Origin: a virus
Length of the DNA stretch: 64,000 nt
IMG/VR virus record: IMGVR_UViG_3300049491_000418
Coordinates: 1 to 64,000 of that record
Strand: one strand, 5' to 3'
A program made the position numbers and the translations under genes. Below, piece after piece: positions 17,846-27,673 of the stretch (its first letter is position 1; every line of letters begins with the position of its first letter). The notes beneath the pieces were generated by a model. It saw only the letters and a list, made by a program, of their open reading frames with translations, was not told the DNA's origin and did no database searches.

Positions 17846-19711
17846 ATGGGAACACCATGCACAAATTGTATAGATGTAACTAAATTAAGTAAAACTACAG
17901 GATGTAGTACTATAAAGTCTGATAATGTACTTTATTCAGGACCTAACTTAGCTTGTTCCACTATTAACACAAATGACACTTTAACTCTTGCTATCCAAAA
18001 GATAAATGGATTATTGTGTTCTGTTTCAGGTGGACAAAATCTTCAGACTACACTTACTATAGGTAACACTGCTGAAGATATAGGAGCTATATTTACATCT
18101 ATTATAAATCCTTCTTTTTATACTGAAATATTAAGTTCTTCTGTTACCTCTCCTGCTTTTATTAAAATAGATGGGCTTCCTACACAATATTTAATGGCTG
18201 ATGGATCTGTATCTGATATTACATCATTTATAACCCAAGTTATTACTGATGGTAATACAACACAAGCTCCAAGTTCTGATGCTGTGTTTGATGCATTGGC
18301 TTTAAAAGCTAATGATGATAATGTAATTCATAAAACATTTGATGAAACAAAAACAGGACAGTTAACTGTTCAGCCTGTAGATACTTCTATTAACGCAATA
18401 AGAGGTATAACCGTAGATGGAGCTGGAGTATTTGGTTCTTCTGATAATGCATTTGGTGTTTTAGGAATATCTTCTATAAATATTGGAGTAGGGGGACAAT
18501 CCCCTATAGTTGGTGTACAAGGTGTATCTTCTTTAGGTGTTGGGGTATCTGGTCAATCTACTGATGGTATAGGTACTCAAGGATTATCTTCTACAGGAAT
18601 AGCAGTTAAAGCAGCTTCAACTGTTGGAATATCATTAGTAGCAGATAATGTAGCAGGTCCAATTATTGCAAGTTTTAGATTTAATGGAGCAGAAGTTTCT
18701 TCAATCAGTTTAAGTGGTGTTAATACTTCAAACTCATTTGTTAAATCTGGAGGAACTAACTTACAATATTTAATGGCAGATGGAACAATCTCTACTCTAG
18801 CCAATATTGTTACTGATTTAATAGTACAAACTATTACAAATGGTGATACTACACATGCACCAAGCAGTGATGCAGTCTTTGATGCTTTAGCAGCAGTAAC
18901 TGCAGGATCTCTATTTAATGCAGATATACCAGTAGTATTATCAGGAGTTAAGACATTAGGGAAATATACTAATGGACAAACTATTCCTGCAATAGGAAAA
19001 ACAGCTCAACAAGTGATAACAGATATAGCACTAGAATATATTAATCCTTCTTTTTCAGCATTCTCTGTAACTGGTCAAGCTACTACAGTTGAAACTGGAA
19101 CTACTTTAACAGGATCTAAAACCTTTACTTGGACTTTAAATGCAAACTCAGGAGTTGTTCCAACAATAGACTTGTATGATAACACAGCAAGTTCAACATT
19201 ATTGGCAGGTACTCCTAATGATGGAACTCAAGGACAAATTATAACAACAATACAATTAAATACAGATGGGGCTACTCAGTCTTGGAAAGGAATTGCTAAC
19301 AACACTTCTCCTCCAGGTACAGTAAATAGTGGTAACTTTGTTGTAACTTCAAGATTTGTAAGATGGTGGGGAGCTGTAGCTTCTTATCCTGTAAATCCTG
19401 TAGATGGTGCAGCAAACAGAACATATGCTTTAGCTTTACCTTCAAGTGGTTTTAAAACAGCAGGAGTCAATACATTTACTTTAGTTACAGGAATAGTACA
19501 AATTAGATTTATAGTATTGTTACCTCCTGGGGTAACCATAACAAGTGTAATAGATCAAACAAATGCAAACACAGATATTACTGCCAGTTATATCTTATCT
19601 GCCATAACAATAAATGACATTGGTGGAACAGCAAGAAGTTACAATATGTATCAATACACAAATGCTATTCCTTACACTGTTAGTGCTAATCACTTTATAA
19701 CAACAACTTAA
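17846..19711 (+). CDS. Tail fibre/spike protein
   Basis: Same N-terminal anchor as 14808; 11-aa GVxGxS beta-solenoid repeats; duplicated QYLMADG...APSSDAVFDALA block. Confidence 0.75.
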   Translation: MGTPCTNCIDVTKLSKTTGCSTIKSDNVLYSGPNLACSTINTNDTLTLAIQKINGLLCSVSGGQNLQTTLTIGNTAEDIGAIFTSIINPSFYTEILSSSVTSPAFIKIDGLPTQYLMADGSVSDITSFITQVITDGNTTQAPSSDAVFDALALKANDDNVIHKTFDETKTGQLTVQPVDTSINAIRGITVDGAGVFGSSDNAFGVLGISSINIGVGGQSPIVGVQGVSSLGVGVSGQSTDGIGTQGLSSTGIAVKAASTVGISLVADNVAGPIIASFRFNGAEVSSISLSGVNTSNSFVKSGGTNLQYLMADGTISTLANIVTDLIVQTITNGDTTHAPSSDAVFDALAAVTAGSLFNADIPVVLSGVKTLGKYTNGQTIPAIGKTAQQVITDIALEYINPSFSAFSVTGQATTVETGTTLTGSKTFTWTLNANSGVVPTIDLYDNTASSTLLAGTPNDGTQGQIITTIQLNTDGATQSWKGIANNTSPPGTVNSGNFVVTSRFVRWWGAVASYPVNPVDGAANRTYALALPSSGFKTAGVNTFTLVTGIVQIRFIVLLPPGVTITSVIDQTNANTDITASYILSAITINDIGGTARSYNMYQYTNAIPYTVSANHFITTT

Positions 19712-19713
19712 TT

Positions 19714-22700
19714 ATGAGTGCTTCATTACAACTCCCAGGTGGGTTAATAACTTTAAACCCACAACCAGAAATAGCTAGATACTATAATACTAGTGGAAAT
19801 GTATATACAAACACTGTACAAGTATTAAGTCAAATTGTATTGGCTGCCAGATATGTTGGACAAACATTTATGGTTGGCACAAGTGAATATTGGTTTAATC
19901 CAACAACAGCAGATGCAGACCTAAAAATAAAATTAATTAATGCTGCTTCACAAATATCAGCAATTCCTCATACAGATTACTTAATATCAAATACTGTTCA
20001 AGGACAATTAGATCAAACAGAAACTAACATTGTTGGGTTATATAAACTTGATAAGACAGATTTTAAAAATCTTTATCAAACAGGTTTAGCAAGAGTAGAT
20101 GCAGATGTATCTGTTCTTACTATATCTCCTGCAAATACATTGACTATTACAGCTTGTGATAGAATATTATATATTAATGAAATTCTTATTGATACTCCTG
20201 CTAATAAAGTTGCAGATTATTTAAAAGATTTTGGGACTAAAGTATTTGTTGTTAATGGTACAAATACACCTCTTGCTATTAATACTAGAGGGATTGTTTA
20301 TGTAGCATTAGATAAATTAGGAAATCCAGTATATAGAAATGCTGGTAAAGTATATGATCAAGATGTATGCTATATGGCCCGTCTGCTTATTCAAAATTCA
20401 GCAGGGGTATATACAATCATTTCTGTAAAATACTTGCCTGATTTAGCTAATAACAGACCAACTGGAAGAGATAGAGCTGTAACTGGGTCAGGTAATTTAG
20501 TTTGGAGTGGAGCTGCTTCAATTTCTTTTGGTAATAAAGCAGTATCTTATTTAAAAAATTCAATAAATTATTCAAATAATAAACTTGATCCAAACTATTT
20601 AGTTATTGCAGATAGTGTTAATCCAACACCTATGCAGTTTCTATTTATGATACCAAACATAACCTCATTAGCTACAAGCATTGCATTATCCACAACAATA
20701 GATCCTAGTCAATGGTATACATCAGCAGGAACAATTGGTGCAGGAGCTGTTAATAACACTAGTTATCAGGTTTATAGATTAGTAGTAACAGTAACAGGGA
20801 CCCTAGCTATTCAAACTGTTGCAAGTACAGTATCTACTCCAGTTCCTGGTGTAAATGCAATCTTTGCAAATAAAGATGATGCAAATGCTGGTTTAACTTC
20901 TGTAGTATTTACTGATCCTTTACCAGCAGGAGATTCTATTCCTATAGGTACTTTTTATTTAAGAGCAGGAACTCCAGCTAATGGTTCTGGTATGAATAAA
21001 CCAGATGATTTTTATTTTAGACCAATAACTTCTTCATCTTCCAGTAGCACTGCAGGTGTTACAGACCATGATGCTTTGTCTGGTAAAAATGATAATCCTA
21101 CATACCAACATATTACTTCAACTGAAGTAAGTAATTTTACTACTGCCTATACTAATAGAATTACCAGTTTAACAACTACTGGAACTTCTGGAGCAGCTAC
21201 ATTGATAACAAATGTATTAAACATACCTAATTATACTCTTGCAGGATTAGGAGGTATAAACTTTGCTTCAGTAATTTCTGGATTTGTAACTGGAGCAAAC
21301 ACTACAGTATTAAATACAGATAGTTTGGAAATAGCAATTGAGAAATTGCAAGGTCAAGTAAATGCAAGATCAGTAATATCTCCTGCAGCTTTATCTAAAG
21401 TAGATGACACCAATGTTACATTAACACTTGGAGGAACTCCTTTAACTTCATTATTACAGGCAGTTTCTTTAACTCTTGGATGGACAGGAACTTTAGCTGA
21501 TTCAAGAATAGCTAGTTCAGCTGTATGGAATGCTAAGCAAAATGCTTTAACAAACCCAATAACAGGAACAGGAACAGGGGCAAGTGGGCAAGTAGCATTC
21601 TTTACGGGAGCAAACTCACAAACTGGTGATAATGCATTGTTTTGGAACAACACAAATAAAACATTATCCCTTGGTACTACACTTGCTCTTTTAGGAAGTA
21701 CACTAACTGTAAGAGGTGATAATAGTGTTATTGGAATAAGAGGGGCTACAAATGGTTCTACTGCTTCACCTGTTTCAAGAAAATTAATATGGTCAAATGC
21801 AGCACAAGTTGAACATGCAAGTATAGACGTAGCTGATTCAGCTACAAATGTTGTAACAGTTCCAATGATTTTTTCTACAAATGCCACAGGACTTGGTTAT
21901 GGAGAAAGAATGAGAATACATAATAATGGTAATATAGGTATTGGTGCTACTAATCCATTATTTAGATTTCATATTCAAGAAACTAATGGAGGAACTTTCT
22001 TTGATGGAACTAATGCAACTTATAATAGATGGAAATCAACTGCAAGTAATATTACTGATGGTAAAGATTTATTAATATCTGCACAAAATTCAGGTTCTAC
22101 ACCAGATTTATATATTAAATCTAATGGTTATGTTAGTATTGGAACATCCTCTCCATTAAGAAAATTAACAGTATTTGATAATGATAATCAACTTGCATTA
22201 AAAGGTTCGGCAAGTGGAAATCCAACTTACCTAAGTTTTTTTAATAGTATAGATACAAGAAGAGGATACATTGGTTTTCCTTCACAAGGTGTAAATGATA
22301 TAAGAATAACAAATGAAGAAACAGATGGGCATATAATATTAACTAACACTGGAACTGGTAAAGTGGGTATTGGAACAAGTACTCCATCAAGTAAGTTAGA
22401 TATTCTTAATACAAGTGCTGGTGCTTTATCTGATGTAGTGACATTAACTAATTCAGGAGCAACTGCTAACACTGAGGTTGGGTTATTCTTTTCTCCAACA
22501 ACTACTACAGGTAATATTAGAGGAGCTAGAATTTCATCAAGAAATGACGGTTCAAATAATTGTGATTTAAGATTTTATATAGGTAGTGGTGCTAGTATTC
22601 TTGAAAAAATGAATCTAAACCCTCTAGGAGAATTAACACTTTTACAAAGTGATGCTAGATTAGTTGGTGGTGATAGTGTTGGTAGATTAGTTGCTGGTAA

Positions 22701-24174
22701 TTCAACAACTACTTCTTACATTGAATTTGATGGTGCTACAAATGCAGCTCCAAATAAAATATTATTAAATACAACTACAGGTGTAATAGCATTTTCAACC
22801 AGTTCAACTGAAAGAATGAGAGTTGCTAACGATGGTAATGTAGGTATTGGAGTTATTCCAACAACTACATCAACTGATAGCTTACAAGTTGGTGGAAATA
22901 TAACAGCTAGTGCTGCTACAACAGCAACTCATGTAGTGATTAAATCTCAATTAGATTTAAAAGCTAATTCAGCTATTACTATTGCTACAACTGCTCCTTT
23001 GGTTGGAGGTGGTGATTTAAGTGCTAACAGAACTTTATCAATACCAGTAGCAACCACTTCAGTAAATGGATACTTATCATCAACTGATTGGACTACATTT
23101 AATAACAAACAAGCAGCTATAACAAATAATGTAACAGGAACTGGAACGGCAAATAAACTTTCAAAATTTACAGGAACAAATACTATAGCAGATTCACAAG
23201 TATTTGATAATGGAACAAACGTTGGTATTGGCACAACAACTACATTTGCAAAATTAGACAACAATGGCTCTATGGCCATTAACAGTAATTTAAGTGATTC
23301 CTCTACAAGACCAACAATTGCTATAGGAGTATTACAATATGGTGAAATTAGAGGATATAGTCAAAACGCTACAAGTGTTGATTGGGGATTCTTAAGACTA
23401 CGTGCTGGTGGTGGAGCTGTAACTCCATCAACAGCTTCTTATATAGACATAGCTGGCGCTTCTACTGTTACAGATATGGATAGAAATATTGTATTTGGAA
23501 CTAACGGTATTGAAAGAGTGAGGATTGCAAATGGTGGTAATGTTGGTATAGGAACTACTGCTCCATTAGCTAAATTACATGCCAGTAGTTTAGTTGCAAA
23601 TGTACCTGCTTTAAGAACAACAGGAACAGCCAGTGCAATATCTACATCTCAAACATTTTTTGATAATGCTGCTGTTAATTTAGGAGGAGGATTTGGTGCA
23701 ATGTTAATTAGTGGAGATAACTCTGATGGTTCTTTTAAAATGCAAACCACAAATTCAACTGGAAGTTCTGCATCAGCTATTACATTTAATAGACTGGGAG
23801 GTTTAGTAACTATTGGTCCTGGTGGAGCTGTATTGGCTTTACAGGTTAGTGGTAATTTACAATATTCTGGAACTATTACTAATGCTTCTGATGCTAGAGT
23901 AAAAGAAAATATAAAACCAATAGAAAATGCTGTTGATACATTATTAAAACTTAATCCTTGTACTTTTGACAGAATAGATACTGGTAAAAAAGATAATATC
24001 GGACTTATAGCTCAAGAAGTTGAAGAAGTTTTACCTCAATTAATTAATATAGGAGAAAATACAGATTTAGGTATTAAGGATTTTAGAAACTTAGATTATG
24101 TATCTATTGTACCAATATTAATTAAAGCTGTACAAGAATTAAAAGCAGAGATTGAATATTTAAAATCTAAATGA
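19714..24174 (+). CDS. Long tail fibre/receptor-binding protein with C-terminal peptidase S74 intramolecular chaperone
   Basis: Multiple ERMRI...GNVGIGT repeats; C-terminal SDARVKENI...GLIAQEVEEVLP...LDY...LIKAVQEL (from 23887). Confidence 0.9.
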   Translation: MSASLQLPGGLITLNPQPEIARYYNTSGNVYTNTVQVLSQIVLAARYVGQTFMVGTSEYWFNPTTADADLKIKLINAASQISAIPHTDYLISNTVQGQLDQTETNIVGLYKLDKTDFKNLYQTGLARVDADVSVLTISPANTLTITACDRILYINEILIDTPANKVADYLKDFGTKVFVVNGTNTPLAINTRGIVYVALDKLGNPVYRNAGKVYDQDVCYMARLLIQNSAGVYTIISVKYLPDLANNRPTGRDRAVTGSGNLVWSGAASISFGNKAVSYLKNSINYSNNKLDPNYLVIADSVNPTPMQFLFMIPNITSLATSIALSTTIDPSQWYTSAGTIGAGAVNNTSYQVYRLVVTVTGTLAIQTVASTVSTPVPGVNAIFANKDDANAGLTSVVFTDPLPAGDSIPIGTFYLRAGTPANGSGMNKPDDFYFRPITSSSSSSTAGVTDHDALSGKNDNPTYQHITSTEVSNFTTAYTNRITSLTTTGTSGAATLITNVLNIPNYTLAGLGGINFASVISGFVTGANTTVLNTDSLEIAIEKLQGQVNARSVISPAALSKVDDTNVTLTLGGTPLTSLLQAVSLTLGWTGTLADSRIASSAVWNAKQNALTNPITGTGTGASGQVAFFTGANSQTGDNALFWNNTNKTLSLGTTLALLGSTLTVRGDNSVIGIRGATNGSTASPVSRKLIWSNAAQVEHASIDVADSATNVVTVPMIFSTNATGLGYGERMRIHNNGNIGIGATNPLFRFHIQETNGGTFFDGTNATYNRWKSTASNITDGKDLLISAQNSGSTPDLYIKSNGYVSIGTSSPLRKLTVFDNDNQLALKGSASGNPTYLSFFNSIDTRRGYIGFPSQGVNDIRITNEETDGHIILTNTGTGKVGIGTSTPSSKLDILNTSAGALSDVVTLTNSGATANTEVGLFFSPTTTTGNIRGARISSRNDGSNNCDLRFYIGSGASILEKMNLNPLGELTLLQSDARLVGGDSVGRLVAGNSTTTSYIEFDGATNAAPNKILLNTTTGVIAFSTSSTERMRVANDGNVGIGVIPTTTSTDSLQVGGNITASAATTATHVVIKSQLDLKANSAITIATTAPLVGGGDLSANRTLSIPVATTSVNGYLSSTDWTTFNNKQAAITNNVTGTGTANKLSKFTGTNTIADSQVFDNGTNVGIGTTTTFAKLDNNGSMAINSNLSDSSTRPTIAIGVLQYGEIRGYSQNATSVDWGFLRLRAGGGAVTPSTASYIDIAGASTVTDMDRNIVFGTNGIERVRIANGGNVGIGTTAPLAKLHASSLVANVPALRTTGTASAISTSQTFFDNAAVNLGGGFGAMLISGDNSDGSFKMQTTNSTGSSASAITFNRLGGLVTIGPGGAVLALQVSGNLQYSGTITNASDARVKENIKPIENAVDTLLKLNPCTFDRIDTGKKDNIGLIAQEVEEVLPQLINIGENTDLGIKDFRNLDYVSIVPILIKAVQELKAEIEYLKSK

Positions 24175-24335
24175 TGAAAAAGTTACAGGTAATAGTAATA
24201 ATAGTAATCATCTTATTCTTTGTGATAGGATGTACTTCTATTATTATCTTTTCACCTACATTTGCACCAAGAACAAATGTTGAGATTAATAAAGATTCAA
24301 TTAAAAATAAAGACTCAATTAAAAAGAAATTATGA
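24171..24335 (+). CDS. Small putative lipoprotein (54 aa), not in the ORF track
   Basis: MMKKLQVIVIIVIILFFVIG-CTSIII...: basic n-region, hydrophobic h-region, lipobox VIG-C; ATGA overlaps with both neighbours. Confidence 0.65.
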   Translation: MMKKLQVIVIIVIILFFVIGCTSIIIFSPTFAPRTNVEINKDSIKNKDSIKKKL

Positions 24336-25099
24336 CAGTGTTTATAATATTTACAACAGTAGGAGCAGATGCTGGTCCTTTTAATCTCTATTCTAATGTA
24401 GGAGGTTATGCTATTGCTTTTGAAGTAGGAATAACAAAAGCTCAGTTGCTTGCAGGGTTTCCATCATCTAATGTTCCTTTAGGAACCAACATAATAAGAG
24501 CACAATCTTTTGGAGTTTGTACTAATTATGTAGATTTACCATTATTACCTGCTCCTACATCTACAACTACTACCTCTACAACTTGTGCAGGTTTTGAATA
24601 TACAATGGATATATATTGGTGTGGATTATGTACTCCTTCAGGAGGTGGTTCTATGAGTAATACAGAACCTCTTACAGTGGGTAAATGGTATTATGATAGT
24701 GTTATTAACTCTATAATTACTCCTACTAGTTTTGTTGGATGTAATCCTGGAACTAATAGAAGTATTTTAGATAGTACTAAACAAGATACATGTGCCGCAG
24801 TAATTTGTCCACCAACAACTACTACAAGTAGTACTACAACTCCTCCTGCTTATTTAGTAAATGTTAGTAACTCTACAGGATTTTCAAATTGTGATGGAGG
24901 TGGTGTAACTACCTATCCAATAGCATTATATGTTGAATTTGTTCCTATTATATTTGGTTCTGTTCTATATTATGATTTTGATTTAACTCTTCCTTTTGCA
25001 GGAGATGGAACTTGGTATAGTGTGAGTAGTACATTATCTTATAGAATTAATAATATAGGAGAGGTTACTGAAATAGATGATTGTGGTCCTCCTCCATGA
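24332..25099 (+). CDS. Putative virion decoration protein: GPF anchor domain + Thr linkers + small Cys beta-domains
   Basis: N-terminus AGPFNLYSNV; tracts PAPTSTTTTSTTC and CPPTTTTSSTTTPP. Confidence 0.65.
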   Translation: MTVFIIFTTVGADAGPFNLYSNVGGYAIAFEVGITKAQLLAGFPSSNVPLGTNIIRAQSFGVCTNYVDLPLLPAPTSTTTTSTTCAGFEYTMDIYWCGLCTPSGGGSMSNTEPLTVGKWYYDSVINSIITPTSFVGCNPGTNRSILDSTKQDTCAAVICPPTTTTSSTTTPPAYLVNVSNSTGFSNCDGGGVTTYPIALYVEFVPIIFGSVLYYDFDLTLPFAGDGTWYSVSSTLSYRINNIGEVTEIDDCGPPP

Positions 25100-25148
25100 T
25101 CATAGTGGATAGTATTAACTTATATAAAAATAATTTAAATATACTATA

Positions 25149-25751
25149 ATGACAGTATTATTAACATTAACAATAGCAGGAATAGATACAGGTCCTTTTG
25201 ATTTATACTCAAACGTGGATGGTTATTCTGTACCCTTTGAAACCAATATAAGTAAAGCAGCTTTACAAGGGGGATACTCCTCTGTATTGGTACCTGACTT
25301 TGCAATTGTTGTTAGAGTTGTGTCTAAAGGAGTATGTAATACTTATGTTGATATTGTTTTAGCCTCTCTTACAACTACAACATCTACAGCAGTACCTACC
25401 ACTACCACTACAACTACTTCAGGAGTAACTGTAGAATTTAGTGCAGCTTATACTCAAGCTTTAGAAGCACCTTTAGGAGATTCTGATGCTGGATTTTTAT
25501 CAGGTAACATAACAATAACAGGAGGTTCTGCAACATTCTTTGCTTTTGCTGAAATATTTGTAGATGCTGGAGTAGGTAGTAATTTCTTAACAGATATAGA
25601 TATAGCTGGAAACTTAGCAACTGCTTTTATAGATACTATTGGTATGGATACTTCTGCAGGAATTGTTTTAGGTCCAGGTATATATTCTTATACTATTGAT
25701 TTATCTGTAAACTCTGCTGATGGTGGAGGAGGTATTTCTTATACAATATAA
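25149..25751 (+). CDS. Putative virion decoration protein, paralogue of 24332 (GPF domain + Thr linker + beta domain)
   Basis: N-terminus TGPFDLYSNV; tract TTTTSTAVPTTTTTTTS. Confidence 0.65.
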   Translation: MTVLLTLTIAGIDTGPFDLYSNVDGYSVPFETNISKAALQGGYSSVLVPDFAIVVRVVSKGVCNTYVDIVLASLTTTTSTAVPTTTTTTTSGVTVEFSAAYTQALEAPLGDSDAGFLSGNITITGGSATFFAFAEIFVDAGVGSNFLTDIDIAGNLATAFIDTIGMDTSAGIVLGPGIYSYTIDLSVNSADGGGGISYTI

Positions 25752-25819
25752 TTGACATGTTTATTGGTTTACGTGTCAATAGGTTGTCCCTAGTGTAAAA
25801 AGCTAGGGATAACCATTTT
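25751..25819 (+). terminator. Tandem hairpins ending in a probable terminator
   Basis: ATTGACATGT/ACGTGTCAAT (25751-25780), then GGTTGTCCCTAG/CTAGGGATAACC (25782-25814) followed by ATTTT. Confidence 0.65.
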
Positions 25820-25883
25820 AGTTATAAATAATAATTATGATTATATGCAAACTATTTTTTAACTTTACCATATTTTATATATC

Positions 25884-26459
25884 ATGGCAAATAACAATGT
25901 TTCTTTAGAAAGAAGTTTAGAGATTAATTCTCCTGATTATTTACATAGATGTACAAAGTGTGGTATATTAAAACCAAATACTGAGTATTCTCCCTCTCCA
26001 AACAATAGAGTGATTAATAGTAGAGGTAGAAATTTTGTAACCTCGTGTAAATCGTGTAGAAATACTTATTCTTCTTCTAAAGAGGTATTAGAGAGAAAAA
26101 GACTTGCAGCACCAATAAGTAGACAAAAAAATAGAATAAATGTTATTTTTTGGTCTTCAGTTACTAATGCTAAAAAGAGAAATCTAGAGCATACTATAAG
26201 TATATTAGATTTAAAGGCTCTGTTTGAAGATCAATTAGGTCTGTGTTATTATACAGGAAAGCCAATGCTGAGAGATATTAGAGATATTAGTAGTAATGAT
26301 GATTCTGTATCTATAGATAGAGTTGATTCTTCTAAAGGATATACTAAAGAAAATATTGTTTTGTGTAGATGGGTAATCAATAGGATGAAAAATGATATAC
26401 CTTTTGATATTTTTTTAAAATTAATATCAGAAATTAATACTAAATTTAATATGTCATGA
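25884..26459 (+). mobile_element. Free-standing HNH-type (His-Me finger) homing endonuclease gene
   Basis: CTKCG...CKSC zinc finger; CYYTG...SIDRVDSSKGYTKENIVLC...INRMK nuclease motif; inserted between structural genes. Confidence 0.8.
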
Positions 26460-27181
26460 GTACATTAAGATCAATGGTTTCAGATACACGTGCTTTGCAT
26501 AAGTTATTAAGTACAGATGCAAGTATAACTGACAGGGCCATAGCTTCAGAGATTAGAAACAACACTCTTTTACTCATAAAGAGAGAAACTAATCTAAGAA
26601 AGTTATGGGGTACTGATACAGTATTTACAACTATTCCTTGCTTAGAGATGATAGAAGTTCCTATCTCAGAATGTAGTAGTTATGTTGATAATTGCATGAT
26701 AGCAAGAACAAAACTTAAAATCCCAAAAATAGCAGAAGGTAATTATCAATATGTTATTCAAGGAGTTTATTCTATTAATGCCATGAGTGGTAAGGGTATT
26801 AAACTAAAAGAAATAACAGTAAATAGATATATAAATCTTCTTAGACTTCCTGTAGTAAAGAGAGAATCATATTTTTGGGTTAGTAATGATTATTTATATA
26901 TAACCAATCCAGATATTCAAGCAGTAAGATTAGTGGCAATGTTTGAGGATCCTATTCCTAATGATATAATGTATGCTGAGTGTAATTGTGGTACTAATCC
27001 TCCTTTGGAAGAATACTGCAAAAACCCTCTTGATAAGTCATTTTATCTTCCAGGATATCTGAAGTCCCAGGTATTAGATTTAACTTCTAAGAAACTGTTA
27101 CAGACATATTTTAATATTAAAACAGATGTATCTGACAATGGTATTGATGGTCAAGCATCTAATTCACCAAACCAAGCATAA
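26456..27181 (+). CDS. Tail ring protein (crAss gene 54-like)
   Basis: PCLEMIEV...YLYITN...FEDP...PLD pattern; synteny before the IHF-like and tail tubular genes. Confidence 0.6.
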   Translation: MSTLRSMVSDTRALHKLLSTDASITDRAIASEIRNNTLLLIKRETNLRKLWGTDTVFTTIPCLEMIEVPISECSSYVDNCMIARTKLKIPKIAEGNYQYVIQGVYSINAMSGKGIKLKEITVNRYINLLRLPVVKRESYFWVSNDYLYITNPDIQAVRLVAMFEDPIPNDIMYAECNCGTNPPLEEYCKNPLDKSFYLPGYLKSQVLDLTSKKLLQTYFNIKTDVSDNGIDGQASNSPNQA

Positions 27182-27182
27182 T

Positions 27183-27656
27183 ATGAGAGTATCTGTAGAG
27201 TGGAGATCAGCAAGTAGGGAGAACTACAAGTTGTTTTGTAAAAAGTTTCCTCACATAAAATTAACTTATGTAGAGTGGGAAAATATAATTTATTCCTATA
27301 ATGAGTCATATAAGGAATATCTCCTGGAGACAGGTAATAAAGAAAGGCTTCCTTTAGGATTAGGTGATTTTAGTATCATCAAAAAGAAAAGAAAAAGAAT
27401 GACAGGTAAGAATGATGAGTACATCAATCTTCCTATAGATTGGAAAAAAACCAGAGAGAAAGGAAAAGTAATCTATAATTTTAATTATCACACAGAAGGC
27501 TTCTTTTTTGGTTGGTATTGGTTCAAAAGGTCAGCAAGGTTTAAGCATTCAGCATTATGGAGATTTAAACCCAGTAGAGTTACCTCAAGATTGTTAGCCC
27601 ATTATATTAAAGTGGATAATAAATACCAGCATATTTATCAAGAATGGACTGTTTAA
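27183..27656 (+). CDS. IHF/HU-like protein (crAss gene 53-like)
   Basis: RLPLGLGDFSIIKKK, IDWKKTRE, NYHTEG and RFKPSR motifs; true start ATG 27183. Confidence 0.7.
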   Translation: MRVSVEWRSASRENYKLFCKKFPHIKLTYVEWENIIYSYNESYKEYLLETGNKERLPLGLGDFSIIKKKRKRMTGKNDEYINLPIDWKKTREKGKVIYNFNYHTEGFFFGWYWFKRSARFKHSALWRFKPSRVTSRLLAHYIKVDNKYQHIYQEWTV

Positions 27657-27673
27657 TATAAAAACATCACATC

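Noticed and set aside
14808-24174. Diversity-generating retroelement or invertase-driven fibre switching
   Set aside because: No reverse transcriptase or recombinase in the window. The 16620/62583 similarity differs at all base types and both copies are coding, unlike a TR/VR pair.
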